From positions 62,001 through 126,000 of the forward strand of contig NW_025767189.1 in NCBI RefSeq assembly GCF_003918875.1: a DNA stretch of 64,000 nt, in the 5' to 3' direction. Below are positions 34,355 through 49,000 of the stretch, piece by piece. Both the position numbers and the translations under genes were made by a program. The notes below the pieces were generated by a model. The model was not told the DNA's origin, made no database searches, and saw only the letters and a list, made by a program, of their open reading frames with translations. How positions within the stretch are numbered: the stretch's first letter is position 1; each line of letters starts with the position of its first letter. The DNA is from Haliotis rubra (taxonomy: Eukaryota).

Positions 34355-34762
34355 TGCTGGACTCGGCTGGAAACTCTCCTTGGAACTGAAATAGAACTGT
34401 ACATCCTCAAATACTACCGATAACATGTTACTCACAGGTTAAAACTCCCATGCAATACCGTCATCTGTTTATGTGATGATCTTCCTTATCAACATTGCTG
34501 CGGTTTATGCCCTTGGGTAATAAAATATGGCCATGAAGGACTTCAGCGATTCTACATCAACCTCTTTACTTATATCCACATAAAACATACTTAAACTGTA
34601 ATAACATTTACTGCTTCGGTTTTGTTTTTGATGTGCCGGACATTGTGTATTTTCTATGTGAAATAAGATAACGAATCCCTTTACGTATACATGACTTTGT
34701 CACCGTACGATATACCGTATACATATGTTTAAGAATCACCAAAACATGAAATTGGTTGTAAC

Positions 34763-34875
34763 CTGGGCACCGTTCCTCAAAGCGATCGTAACGTTACGAC
34801 AGTCGTACGTCTATGTTAAAGCATGGGGGTTACGATCATCTTAGCGCTACGATCGCTTTGTGGAACGGGGCCCTG
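34763..34875. mobile_element. Small MITE family (related copies ~27060-27162 and ~59768-59933, the latter with an internal 54-bp tandem duplication)
   Basis: Imperfect TIRs ggg..cgtt...caaagcga / tcgctttg...aacg..ccc and a shared atgttaa.g.atg.g core. Confidence 0.6.
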
Positions 34876-37864
34876 GCCCGTAACGTACGCCTTAATTACA
34901 CGGTTTGGTTTTGTACCGTCGAAACCTTGGCGAAATTTTGATTGCCTTTCAAAAACATTGCCAATTTTCTGAGTCAGTCATTCAATACACATGTGTATTG
35001 CTGAGTAGATGTGTGTTGAAACATTTACTTCAATTTTCTGTGAATAGATACATATTCTATTTTACTCCAAATTTGCAAATCATGAGCGACTTTGACAATT
35101 GTACAACTTTACGCAACATAATTATATCAAATTTTCTAAAACTACATTTAACCGGATCCAAATACCCATGTGAAATAGATGAAATATACTCATTATCTGT
35201 TAATCTGAAAAGACGTCAACACCTTCTTACTTCGTTACTTTAGAGGTGTTTAACTAGCCAATTGTGTCAAAAAAATACTACCCAAGAAAACCAAGATGGT
35301 CATAATCTAAAACCCCAATCACCAAACATTCATTTGAATTTGAATATAATATAACTGCACAATGCTTGAATATATTTGTTAGTAATTTTATCTCCAGCTA
35401 TCTGTGCCATCTACACAAAAGCAAACAAATATCTAAATATAGTAACATGTTGTGTATAATGGAGATGGTCTTCGTAAATTCAGTTTTACACCTGCACCCT
35501 GCACTACGAACAAGTGAACAAGATAGCTGCCATACAATGGAGATCGGACACATTTGCCATAAACTACTTCGAGAGATGTTTGTAAGCACTTATGTAAACA
35601 CTTTAAAAGCCAACTGGTGGATTATTTTCTCTATATTGCCAAATCCACTGACCCCCCAAATTTCAGATGTGTACTTTAAAATCTGACAGATCTGACAATC
35701 AAATGATAATGGCAATCAAATTTACTTTACACCTTGCCCTTATGGTACTGTATTTCTTTAAGCGATAAGTTTTCTCCAGTTCTAAAAACAACATTAACCT
35801 TCACAAATGTCGTTCCCCATTTATCTGTAATAAGAACCTAGCACATATATCTGGCGATGTAAACTACAGAGTCTGAAACTAGAATTACATCACTAGCAAA
35901 TAACGACAGTAATACGTTTACAATACCAGTAAACAGTTGAATGTCGCGAGCTCCATATGTTTGCGGCTAACTCTGTTATGAACAGTGATTGTTGTTGTTT
36001 TATCTTATCCTTAAAAACATTGCCCAATGAGTCAGTCATTCAATAGACATGTGTATTGCTGAGTAGATGTGTGTTGAAACATTTACTTCAATTTTCATAT
36101 GAATATATAGATATTATTTTGACTACAAATTTTGCAAATCATGAGCGACTTTAACAATTGTACAACTTTACGCAACATATATCAAATTATCTAAAACTTA
36201 CATTTAACCGGATCCAACTACCCATGTTGATATACACTTACCCTTGACACATAGGCCCTAAACAATATGTTAAAAATGAATCAACTAAAGTCGAGAATAA
36301 AAATAAGCATTTTTCGCTGCTCCGTTTTATTTTGTATTTCATAAACACATATTTCTAAATTTGATAACTCTGTTTCTTAATTTATTGGTCACTCTACCCT
36401 TTTGCTTTCTGGATTAAATACATTTGTTTGTTAATTTTGCTGATAATCTCAATTCGCTTGCTGCGTGATCTATGTACAAATACGCAGCAAAGGGCTCAAA
36501 TTTAAGGAGCGTGTTTTCCAGCAGTTTTTTCGTCTCGCCCTAATTACGCATGTACATGTATTCAGGCAGCTGTGACACTATGCACCGCTCCCTGTGACGT
36601 AGTGAGGGTAATTAGTCTTCAAGATAAACGTACCGGGACGTAGATTTTGTTTGCGATTTAAATCTGACCGTGTACGTGTTCTGTGTTTGCAAAGACTATG
36701 TGTTGTGTATTCACAAATGCTCTTATGCATATAATTTGCACTGGTTTGGGAGAGGTTAAAGGTATATCATTAATGTTCCGACTGCTAATAAACTCTTAGT
36801 AGCTGAGATTCTAATGCCCGGGTATATTAATCATAACCAGCCTCGGGCTAAGAAATCAAAGCTATTTTTTTCTGAAAACAAAATTGGATCTTTATTTCTC
36901 GACAAAACTTTCAATTATTATTTTTTTAATTCCCTAAGCGGGTTAAAAAATATACGGTACTGATTATCTATTAATTCATTAGCTCGAAAGGGATATTATT
37001 TTCTGTCTATTCATTGCGAGCGTTGTCACTTCCTTCTTTGATTGGTGTGGCGAAACCCGGTGACATGTGTCAAGTATCAGTAATAACGAATGATATCCTC
37101 TGGATCTGAAGTTGGTTTGACAGCAATGCTATGCAGTGAAATTATGGTTGTGAACAATTATTTGAGCATTATCTTTGATAGCCTAATGGCGTGTTCAATT
37201 TACCTCGTTTCTTCTGCACGTGCATCGCCCTTTAACACTATTTTTGATATGCAAATGTAATAATATTCGTTCTAATAATAATGGTTGCTTTTATAACACA
37301 TTTTAACCAGTATGTCGAAATTGTATTTTATAACGCTATCAAACAGCAAAGATTTTTAAACAAGTTCAAGTAAGTATTTCTTTGAAAAAGTCAGAGATAT
37401 GTCTTTCTGTATTTTGTATAGCAAAATCAAAATAATTACATAGCCAGATGGTGATCAATTGATATACATAATCTTTAAATGAATACACTGCTAAGTAACT
37501 CTTACCTGTTGTGTGGGTCTTCCTGGTTGTGGGTGTATAATCCGCGGGTCAGGGTCTGTTTGTCGGGTCCCTCCCTCCGCTAGTGTGAAGCGCGTTTGGT
37601 AATGTGAAAACGACGCATGTCTGCTGTCATAAGAATTACTTACCTGTCTACCTGTCACGTGCCCCCAGCAGTGTTCAGCCAGGCGCGGCCAGTGTTTAGG
37701 TCCTCGGGCGACACGGACAACCGTTTAATAAATGGTGATAATTAAACTCGCTATTTTTTAAATGATTACAATGTTTAAAACGTGTTTCTGCTACACGACA
37801 CCCCCTTCACTCCCCTTACTGTGTTGCAAAACGAATATATTTCTGAAACGTACTCTTTACTTGT

Positions 37865-38690
37865 ACTTAACTTAATCTCTGCACTTGTACTTTTTGTGTG
37901 TTTGTACTTAGCATGATTTGTGTGATTGTACATAGGATGATTTGTGTACTTGAACTTAGCATGATCTGTGTGCTTGTACTTAAGATGATTTGTGTACTTG
38001 AACTTAGCATGATTTGTGTGCTTGTACTTAGCATGATTTGTGTGCTTGTACTTAGCATGATTTGTGTGCTTGTACTTAGGATGATTTGTGTGCTTACTTC
38101 AACTTCTAGCATGATTTGTGTGCTTGTACTTAAGGTGATTTGCACTACTTAATTTGACTTAGATGATTTGTGTGCTTTTACTTAGCATGATTTGTGTGCT
38201 TGTGTTTGTAGATGATAGGATCTTTGTACTTGTTTGCATTTGGATGATTCGATGTGCTTGTACTTAGGATGATTTGTGTACTTCAACTTAGCATGATCTG
38301 TGTGCTTGTACTTAAGATGATTTGTGTGCTTGTACTTATAGGATGATTGTGTGTACTTTGGATAATTTGTACTTAAGATGATTTGTGTGGACTTGTACTT
38401 AAGATGATTTGTGTGCTTTTACTTAGGGTGATGTGTGTGTTTGTACTTGATAGGATCTTTGTACTTGTACTTTCGATGATTTGTGTGCTTGTACTGAGGA
38501 TGATTTGTGTATTTCAACTTAGCATGATTTGTGTGCTTGTACTTAAGATGATTTGTGTGCTTGTACTTAAGATGATCTGTGTACTTTTACTTAGGGTGAT
38601 GTGTGTGTTTGTACTTAACAGGATCTTTGTACTTGTACTTTGGATGATTGTGCTTGTACTTTGGATGATTTGTGTGTTTGTAGTTAGCAT
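37865..38690. repeat. Degenerate 24-bp minisatellite (gatttgtgtgcttgtacttag[c/g]at)
   Basis: Visible tandem units; they explain the ORFs STSTQIML / MICVLVL at 37867-38964. Confidence 0.92.
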
Positions 38691-39397
38691 CCACGCCGCC
38701 TTTGGTCTTAAGCCCAGCTCGTTGCTCTCTTTTCTTTTCAAGCAGGTCATCGAGTGTCGTCTATTTCTTTTTCTTCCTTGGTGTCTCTCTCCCTCTCCAA
38801 ATACTAAATGGCTCATAGGTATACCGCTTTGGCCTTTTGATGTCCAATTCTGTAGTCGATATCATTCTACGTGCTTTGTGGTGCAGAGTCTCTCAATATT
38901 ACATGGGCTTTCTTTATCGAATTTAGATTCTAAGAATATAGATATGTTCAGACACAAATGCTAATTAGGTGCTTGGTGGATAGGCATGGGGTTAAAAAAG
39001 TCATGAAAAGACAGTTGCATTTAAACAATGAGAGAAAACCGTAGCTCCGCACAGTGTTAAGGTCAACAGTAAGGAGTGCCCTAGGGTACACCGTAGGGTG
39101 ATATGGTTATCAGTGTTCTACAACACGGCATGCACCAGCTTCCTGGAGCAACACGGAAGTAATGACATAATACTGTACATGCCCACAGCACGGTCAGGAC
39201 ACGTTGGAAATGAAGCTACCTTTTCAGTAATAAGACATATGACCATTAGCAACAATTTACATCCGAGAGTGAGTGAGAGAGCCCTGAAAAGTCTTGTGGA
39301 TTTGGATTGACCTCTTGTCTTCTTCACAGAATAATACGAGTCATTATCTTTACTGTTCGGAATTTGTTTACTTTAATAATAATTGATTTGTACAACG

Positions 39398-41501
39398 TAG
39401 GGCTACACAGTATTACCGGTATACCGGTTAACCGCAATACGAAATTGTAACAATTACGTATCGCGATACGTTTATGACGTACCGGTATACCGCCAAAGAT
39501 TTATTTGTTCAATTTTAACCCATTCAACAACGCACATAAGACTTCCGCCCGTATACCCCCTAAATTTTAATGGTGAGGAAAAAGATGTATATGTATATTC
39601 AGGTAATATGGGGGGTGGGGATTGGGCGGAAGACTTTCCAAATGATTGGCAACGGGTCCACTTAATAATTGTCAAAGAGCAAAGTATGGACGTTTCGAGG
39701 AAATCATTAAAATTGAATAAACTAATGAATAAAATCAACAGTTTTCATAAAAGTTGTCAAACGTCTCGGCTTTCGTCACCTTTTCGTTCGTCATGTTATG
39801 TAAGTCAAGTCACGTCTCGATCTTCATGCTCGGACACGATGTTTAATGTGAAAATAGTTGCATAAAGAATATTTGTCACAGGTCGCCACTTAGCACGATA
39901 CGTCCAATAAGTTCCATAATGTACGTATATATTGCGATTTGTTGCTTAACACGTTCAGAATAGCATTATTGTACCCAAAACTTTTGTCTAAAAGTTTTCG
40001 TTTATGAGGACGGTATCGATTGTTGTAATATGATTTTTACCAATCACGAACCTTATAGCAGACTGTGGCTAAAAAGCGTCATTAGAAACCAATCTTTATC
40101 CACTAAAATCGCTTCTTACAATTACGAAAATACTCCTGGCAAGGTTATTGTGATATTATTGATGATTAGAGAGCTTTGGAACAATACCCGCCATCAAATG
40201 AATCTTCTATGGTGTTGTTCATACGGAGCTTCGAAAACGAAGGCATTTCCCAAAGTTGTGTCATGTTACCGGGTGGAAAAGCCACGGTTATCGGGAAATA
40301 GGCGACCATACACATTATTTAATTAATCTTTATTTAATGATATTCTGATTACGTAAAAATGAAAATATAAAAGAAATAGGTAAGAGGATATTATGGCAAC
40401 TTACAAATGGATTTAAATAGCGGGAGTTTACGACTCCTTCGTGGTTTATATGGACATTTTAAGTGTGTAAATATGTATTACTATTAGAAATAAATTTATT
40501 TAAGTTGAAGTTGTATTATTTGAATAATATGATAAACATACCTTTGGTATTTATCAACAGTTGGATTAGGCCTAAAAAATTGAAATGGTGTATGACATAG
40601 CAATAATGTTTCACGAGCTGATATTTTCCTTGATAAACGTAGGCTTCTATCTTATTATAAGGTTATGTTTCTCATGTTTCATCTTTTTTCATTATTCTAT
40701 TTAGTCTAAAGAAAGTGTTCTTTACCTGATACAGACTGACTTTTGTCCATCGTGAGTGTTTTATTAAATCATTTCTTCATGTGAATGTGCACCAAACATC
40801 ATTCATGAAATAGTAATGTTAATAATACTTTTATTCAAAGACAAAGGTGCATTAATCATCGTTTTAATTAGAATGTGCACTTCAAGATCATGTCACATGA
40901 TTGTGACTTCAATTAATTTTTTCTTGAGTAATACAGATGTGTACAGTAAATTCTTTAACTCTTTGAATTATTTGAAATTCAACATCCTTTGCTGTTTAAA
41001 GAAGTTAAAGTATATACATAGTATGGGTGGGTCGATGGAGGACATGGTGTAAGCTAGTTTCAGTTGAATTTGTCATATATATGAAATGATAAATCATCCA
41101 TTTATCTGCGTTAACTTTCCTTTGGACAGCAGTTACAATTAAAAGAAACACTTGTTGAAAGTTTTTTTATAGTAAAGCGTAGGGCTAGTAATATTTAGAA
41201 AGGACTAGTGAAATACAAAATCCACTAGCCCGAAGGGCCAATTTAAATTTTTAGTGAGTGTCGATCCCTGCTGTTTTAAAATAAAAATATAAACAGAAGA
41301 ATGTTCTGGATTTTCCTTTTTTCATTTTGAAAGAAGCTATACAATGCACAATGGTTACGCACATATACTGTGATTCAATTTGAAGGTAAAAGAATATTAC
41401 CTAGTGGACAGATCTCAATAACTGTTCTTTCACAATATATTGCAATACGTATCGCAGAAGAGTGTATCGCAATACGAAATTTGGGGCAATACACAGCCCT
41501 A
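39398..41501. mobile_element. Non-autonomous hAT-type DNA transposon, 2.1 kb
   Basis: Perfect 8-bp TSD gtacaacg (39390-39397 and 41502-41509), TIRs tagggct...agcccta, and subterminal cgcaatacg/tatcgc repeats at both ends. No transposase ORF. Confidence 0.88.
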
Positions 41502-42606
41502 GTACAACGTACCTTAACGGGTTGCATTTACTGAACGTGTTTCTTTAGGTGTAATCTGTGCATTATACACAACAGAAGTAAATTAGCATATTTTTTTTAT
41601 GTTATTTTTTTCAACACCTAATTCAATGCGCCTATCGTGTGAGGTCAGTAAGATATTTGACAAGATTAGATAAATATCGTCTATATCTTGCCGAAGGATA
41701 TGCCAACTCTGTCTGCATAAATATGGGTTAATACAAGATGGCTCACCTGTTATTGGGGCCATGATCGTACGGTCAGATACATGGAGATATCTGGAATATT
41801 TGGTATGCATACGTGACGCCTTGACATACATTTTGTACAACAGATTGTACAGCGTCCAGCGAGTTTCGTTTGAATATCTGTACAAAATGTTGATCAATGA
41901 TGCAATTTCTTCTCTCTGATTCATATATGATGAGGAAATAACTGCAATCAATATACCTGGTGTGTTGATGTATCATTACGTACTGATGGGGCCTGTGATC
42001 CGTCAACTGTCTAGTGATATAAATTCCTCTTGGCCAATTTGCGTACCATCTCTCTCGCTATAAAGTGAACGTTCTTGATAGTCAACAGAAACATTTCGCG
42101 TTATTGTTCAACTTTCTCGCAGCATTGGGTTGGGGAAAGTAAACATGGATAGAAAGGGTGAATATTGCAGAATACTTAACCATCTTCACTTACGCAATTA
42201 AACTAGGTGTATGTTATGGAAATGTTGAGGACTTCCTCTGAATCAATCAATCATTATCTATCGACATAACTTGAGGATGAGTTAGGTTAAATAATCCTCA
42301 GTGGCACCCAATACTAGCTCTCAAATTCAATTTTAATATCCGCTAGTTTTTCATATTTTAACAATCAATAATCATTATAAAAAAAGAAGAAATACGAAAT
42401 ATTACTGAAGGAGCTATACCAACGAGACTTAATCACATCCTCTCCAAATCATCTATGGAACTGCAACTCATCGAGCAGAGTTTTGTCCCTTAGACGGGCC
42501 TGGATACTATCATCGTGGTTTCAAATCCAATATTACTCTTTGATTATGTATCTCTAATTTTGTCAGTGCCTTACCCGTGCTCGCAGATTTCAACAAAAAG
42601 TTATAC

Positions 42607-42801
42607 GTAACATATGTTATATTTGGGATTACACTTTCTTAGTAAAGTACAGATTGTAGTACTTTTGTTGGGTTGTGTGATGGCGATTAGATGCCTGACC
42701 TGAGGGTGTGGGTTCGAATCCCAGATGGGACTCAACCCAACAAAAGTACTAGAATATGTACTTTACTAATAAAGTACAATCCCAAATATAACATATGTTA
42801 C
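42607..42801. repeat. ~70-bp inverted repeat enclosing a tRNA-like B-box fragment
   Basis: gtaacatatgttatatttgggatt...agtacttttgttgggttg / caacccaacaaaagtact...aatcccaaatataacatatgttac flanks gggttcgaatccc. Confidence 0.7.
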
Positions 42802-45800
42802 ATTTGACCACTTTCTATATGGCATTAGGTATTCAAAAAGGTAAAAGTCAGAGACTCACACCACTTGAGGGCTTTACTCTCACATTAAGATGACACGTCT
42901 CAGTTTTACAGAAATCCTGTTCAAAGCGTCACAAAACCACACTCACTCACGAGTTTAACAAAAGTTTCAGATTTCAGATGTGCAGCCGGAAACTTAAATC
43001 ACGTTAACGTACTTTCTTTGTTTATTTCATTTATATAGCCAGGATTTATAACATATGACAACGTATTTGTTAAGGCACTGGGTTCATTGAACCGGAAATG
43101 AAACAATTTTTATATGTATGAGAATCATTAAATTACATATGTGATTTCCTCCAACCTTAGTAAAGTTACTTCCGCGGTCTCCCTGCAGCCATGGCGTGTA
43201 TGAGAAGGTTCAGACATGGACATCTCGCCTCTGGTAAAATATACGATAGGATATCCGTCTGGGTCCATCAATATGTTAAACCACCGATGTCATACACGGC
43301 CGCTTACCGAGGAGGTTGACATAACCCTCATCTGTAATGATATACACCTAAACAAGTAAACCACTTGTCCAATGCTGTCATATCATTTGATTGTATTTTG
43401 GATGTCGTTTCTTTTCATTAAGTACACACTCTGGTACTTTCTCCAGATGGTTACCAGGACTGCGTGTTTCTATTTGCAAAGAGTGAGTGAGTGAGTTTGG
43501 TTTTACGCCGTTTTTAGAAATATTCTAGCAGTATCACGGCGGGGGACACCAGAAATGGGCTTCACGCCTTGTGCCCATGTGGGGAATCGAACCCGGGCCT
43601 TCGAGCGAACGCTTTAACCACTTTGCTATCCCACCGCCTCCCATTTGCTGAGATGTGTTAAGATGAAATGTGGTTTTACATAGTGTTCAAGGTTATAGCA
43701 ACGTGCATTCGCGTGTGCCTTTGTAATTGTGTGTGTGGTTGGTTGTACTAGCCCCGGCAAATGCAGGTCTTATATTATAAGTCCACTGAGACACCAGACG
43801 TAGTTGAACAAGGATGCCCCTCTGAAACACGGTGTGCTGACCCCCAGCCGACCAGTTCTTGTTTTATCCCATTAATGCCGCGTGTCAGGAAGGGTGAGTG
43901 AGTGAGTTTAGGTTTATGCCGCTTTTAGCAATATTCCAGCAATATCACGGCGGGTTACACTAGAAATGGGCTTCACACAATGTGCCCATGTGGGGAATGG
44001 AACGCGGGTCTTCAGTGTGACGAGCGAACGCCTTAACCACTAGGCTACCCCACCGCCCTGTCAGGAAGGGAAACAAAAAGTACCATTCGTTTGGAATGAA
44101 CAAACCATCCCCTCTCAAGACGATCTATCGACATGGCCTCAAAGCGTGATCAAACGAGTGAGTGGGTGAGTAAATATAGGTTTATGCTGATTTCAGCAAT
44201 ATATCGGTGGAGTACATAGCTGCGTGAGTGAGTGAGTGAGTTTAGTTTCACGCCGCTTTTGCACCCACATAGGAACACGGACCCGGATCTTCGGCATGAC
44301 TAGTGAAAGCTTTCACCACTCGGCTGCCATAAATTTAGTGCCCCATCTTGGAAAGAAATCACTGACAGTGCTGTTGAATAACTGACTGACTGACTGACTG
44401 AGTTCGGTTTTACGCCGCTTTTAGCAATATTCCAGCTACATCACGGCGGGGGAACACCAGAAATGGGCTTCACACATTGTACCCATGTGGGGATTCGAAC
44501 CACTAGGCTACCCCACCGCCCCGTTGAATAACTATTGACATAGCCACACTTCATGACATAATCGATTTACACTTTCACATCAACTGGAATTTATCGACAA
44601 AGTAAAATGCTACAGTCTGAAGAACTAAAGAATATAAAGAATACATAATATCGTACATGTTATTTTATTCATAATGGCATATATACAACGATCACAGTAT
44701 CTTCTATATGTGACATACATTTCAATTAATAACAACAGAATACAATCACAGGTCAAAATAAACTACATGCAATTATTAGTTCTTTGAAAACACATATCCC
44801 AGGAGAAGTATACGATACATATCGGGGACGCCATCAAACCAGTATTAAAACACGAGGTCAGCTTTTCTTCAGCTGTTGGTCTTGCACAGTTTATAACGAA
44901 CTCAACAAGCAGTAGTTCAAGTTTGAACACTATTAAATCTAAACTTTGTAAACAAATTGGTTTGACATTAACGAAAGCCAATAGTGTTCCACAACATATC
45001 AACATCACACAAAACACAGAACTGGTGTATAGCACAGCTAGGATATACATGTTTACCTCTTGTCCAAATTAAATAACATTCAATGTAAAGGAAAACCAAG
45101 TTCTATGGATAGTCAACTTCTTTATTGCGATGGGTGCGACGTTTCGGTGTAGGTACTTCTTTCATCGCAATAAAGACTGTCCATAGAACTTGGTTTTCCT
45201 TCATCTATACAACTTCTAAAATGCCCCTCAAAGAAACATTCAATGTATATAAAATAGTAGGCCAATTTATTAATATTTACAATAAGATTGTCATTATGTA
45301 CAATTTGTCTCATTCAGATCCAACGTATTGAAAGTAAGGTGATAGTGCTTGAAATCGTGTTACAAGTTTCCTAAATATACTTAGTTCCTGGTGTGATTCG
45401 GTTGTCATTTAGAAGATTTTACCTGTAAACCTTGACGGGACCTGTTGTGTCATGACATTACTGCTCTCTATATGGAGAATTAGTGTTCTAATGTAGCTAA
45501 ATCCGTGTATGCCAAGGCGACCGGCACGCATAGTGCACAGGCGTTTGATGTTCATGAGTGTTTCGTGCCGATATACATGTTTTGTCTCTTTGATGGCGTG
45601 TCACGTGCTGGCAGCCCGCACGAGTTGCACGTGCTATCACGAGGAAGCGTCATTAAATGATTTTGAATTCATTACAATAGCACGTTACATTTTTCTGCTG
45701 AATCGGACGATTTTTAAAAGTATTATTTTTAGAACTATTACAGATATGTTTTGCGTGTGGTTAATTCGTCTTTTCAAACAAATTCTTGGTGTAGTGGTGA

Positions 45801-46047
45801 TACTGTTCTTGATCCAGATTTGTCAGAAATTTGTTACAGGAACCCTTGCTATTTGTGAGACAGTATGTAACAAATAAGATAGCCAATAATTGTACACTGA
45901 ATCAGGTTTCCGGACTTTCATTGAAAAATAACCATCACGGGAACTTTGTCATTTTCGGTCCCGACAGTTTTGCCTATTGAATACTGTACACAGTTCTTCC
46001 CAATTGTCTCATTATGCCAAGCTGTTCTGCAGGTCGTCCACGACGCC

Positions 46048-49000
46048 TCAGCTGATGGCAATGATGGCGATGACGCACCCGGTGAACGCTGTGATAACCA
46101 GGACATGGATCCTCAATATAACGCGTCGGGTGAACCCTCCCTGAAACACCAAGAGAATTCATATGATTAGAACTGGTCTTCAGCAACCCAGCCTTGTCTT
46201 TAGAGGCGACTAATGTGATCGGGCTATCAGGTACGCTGATTTAATTGATGCATATCCATGATATCCTGCATAGGGTTGATGTTCACGATGTCAATCACAG
46301 GATTGTCTGGACCAGACACGATTATTTGCAGTCAGCAAAAATGTAGATGGAAGATGGCTGGGTGAGGGGAGGTGAAATTGGGTTTTACGTCGTGCTTGAG
46401 AATATTTCGCTCATATGACGACGTGCATGCGTGTGTATGTGTATGTGCTGCTGCTTGTACTAGCACAGACTTAAGCTGGTTTTATAGTGCCAGCCCACTG
46501 AGATACCATGCCGCAGTGAAGCATGACTACCCCACTCAGACACAGTATACGGACTCCGAGCCGACCAGTCCTTGTTGCACCCATTACTGCCGAACGCCAG
46601 GCAGGGACCAACAAGTACCATATTTTAACGTCTTTTGGTATGACGCGGTCGGGGATCGAACCCGCGACCTTCCGCTCTCCGGGCGGACGCTCTAACCACT
46701 ACACCACGGAGGCGGTCTGGAAGATGACTGGGAGAGACGTTAGACAACAGCAAATATATAACATGTGGATTATATAATCATATAGAGCTTTCAATCAACC
46801 AAGATTAACGATACTTCCACACACACTAACGTCTCAATAACTTTCGATCCCATCAAGCAGTACCAAACGAAATGACAACTTTTAGTCCCCACAACAGGAA
46901 CCTGGGATGCCACAACCAACCTAGCTTCGGACGACACTCTGTCACCATCCTAACACCATCCATGTTAGCTTAAAGCATACGGAAGAGGCGACTAACGGGA
47001 TTGTATCGTATCCCAATTGGGTAGATCGATGTGCATGACATTCACTGGATGAAAAGGCCCAATCTATTTGCACTGAATGCTCAGACAGCGTCTCAGTACC
47101 GCCATGAAGTCATATCAGCGCCTTGCTAGAACCCTGTCAACACTCCGTCAATTGCCTGTATCAAGGTATTGAACAAATACACAGCTTCACGCCTTTTCGA
47201 CGCCCTGTCGAACTGTGGCCAACAGTGCACCGACATGTAAGCACGCTCTGTCAGCCCTATGTAACTACTGGCGTTGAAGCAACAACGCAAACATCGCACA
47301 CCAGTCTGTGTCACTGATGTTTGATTGTGTTACCGTTGTATTATTGTTATCGCTTTCCTTTTCTTTACCAACAAAGGTAAACCCCTTCTGAACCCATTCT
47401 GAACTTACCGGTGGCTCTGTGTCATCAGTGTCTACATCTTTTGTACTGGAATACCGGGTGGACCTATCTGCGTAGATGGAGTAGCTCTGTTGCTTGCGTT
47501 CTGGAAAGAGATGGGCAGGAACATTGTACACGATGAAGTCAGAAATATTAAGGCGAGGCGGTTTTATCGATATATTTGCTAGGCAAGTTACAGTTAATGT
47601 GGTCTTTCTCCCCTTGCGGGTTATGAGTTGTCTACCCTTTGTCTGGGTCGAAAGGAAGTCGATTATTCACATCTGATCTTGTGTTTACAGAAGGCGAGGT
47701 CATGAACCTTTGACCCAAAACAGAAGTTACCTTTGACCCGAGGGCTGCGAAAGACAGACCACTCACTCACCTTTGATTCTGGAGTTACAGGAGACCACCT
47801 CCAGGATGAGGACAATGAACACTTGGTACACGGCGAAACAGTAGAGGATGTAGGAGACGTACTCGTGCACGCCGGCCTTCTTCAAACCCACACCAAGGAT
47901 GATGTTCATTACTACAAGGACATGAAGCATAGGTCAGATTCAGTTTATTAAAGCTATATTATTGCCATGTAATATAAAACTATTAAAACACTAATAAACA
48001 CCAAAAAATTGTTCTTCCGTGTGATAGAATGAAAACGATTATTTTATTGTTGGCGTGAGATGGGTTCATAGTGGGTAACCACCATAGTGTAATGTCCAGT
48101 AGGACGCACGACATGACCAAACCTCCTCAACCCATGAATGACGGAAGTGTACCACGTCGACTCAACCGACGACCAAGCAAAAGGATATCTCTAACAATGA
48201 ATACACTGATGAACGTATATCATATCTATCGTTCTGTGACGCACCTGCCAGGATGTGGTCGATGATGCCGACACACCAGTGAGCCCAGTTGAACACTGGT
48301 CTGTTGGTGGAGGTGGACTTGGGGCGGAACAATCCCATCGCAGCCTGGAACATATACAGAGGCATACACGAACCTGACAACATTGATGTTTCAAGATCAA
48401 TGAAATCCCGCTGTACCTGAGTTTTATTTTCTTTGTGGGTTTTCCTTTTATACTGTCAGTTACATTACAGAAAAACAACATAAAATAACTACACATTTGT
48501 CAATACTTGTAATTTGTCAAGATTATTAAAACTGATATGATTTTTATTGATTGCTTACTTTTAGGCAAACATCTAATGGACAACTAGGTCACTGAAGACT
48601 GGGCATTCCTTTACTTGCTTGTAGCTCCTTAAATGACGTTGAAATCCATACATTGGCACAACAGTTTCTACCAGCTACCAAGGAAGACAAGTTTAGTAAA
48701 TGTATTTTAGTTCAGAAAGCAAATGACTGTTGGTTTGAAATGAATAATTTTCAATTTGAAACACACACCTGTATTATTGTAAGACCGGTGACGATCATGC
48801 CGAGTATTGGGTGAATTTTTCTGAAGTCCAGGAAACTGATCTGAAAACGGAAATCTGAACCCTGTATAATTCACGAATGAGTGAGTTTAGTTTTACGCCG
48901 CACTCAGCAATATTCCAGCTATATGGCTGGTATAATTCACTAAACGATATGATGAAACTGTATACATTCGAAAATAAGGTAATCTGTGATTTTTAAGATT

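Noticed and set aside
37867-38964. Hydrophobic MICVLVL repeat ORFs as membrane proteins
   Set aside because: They are translations of a degenerate 24-bp minisatellite.
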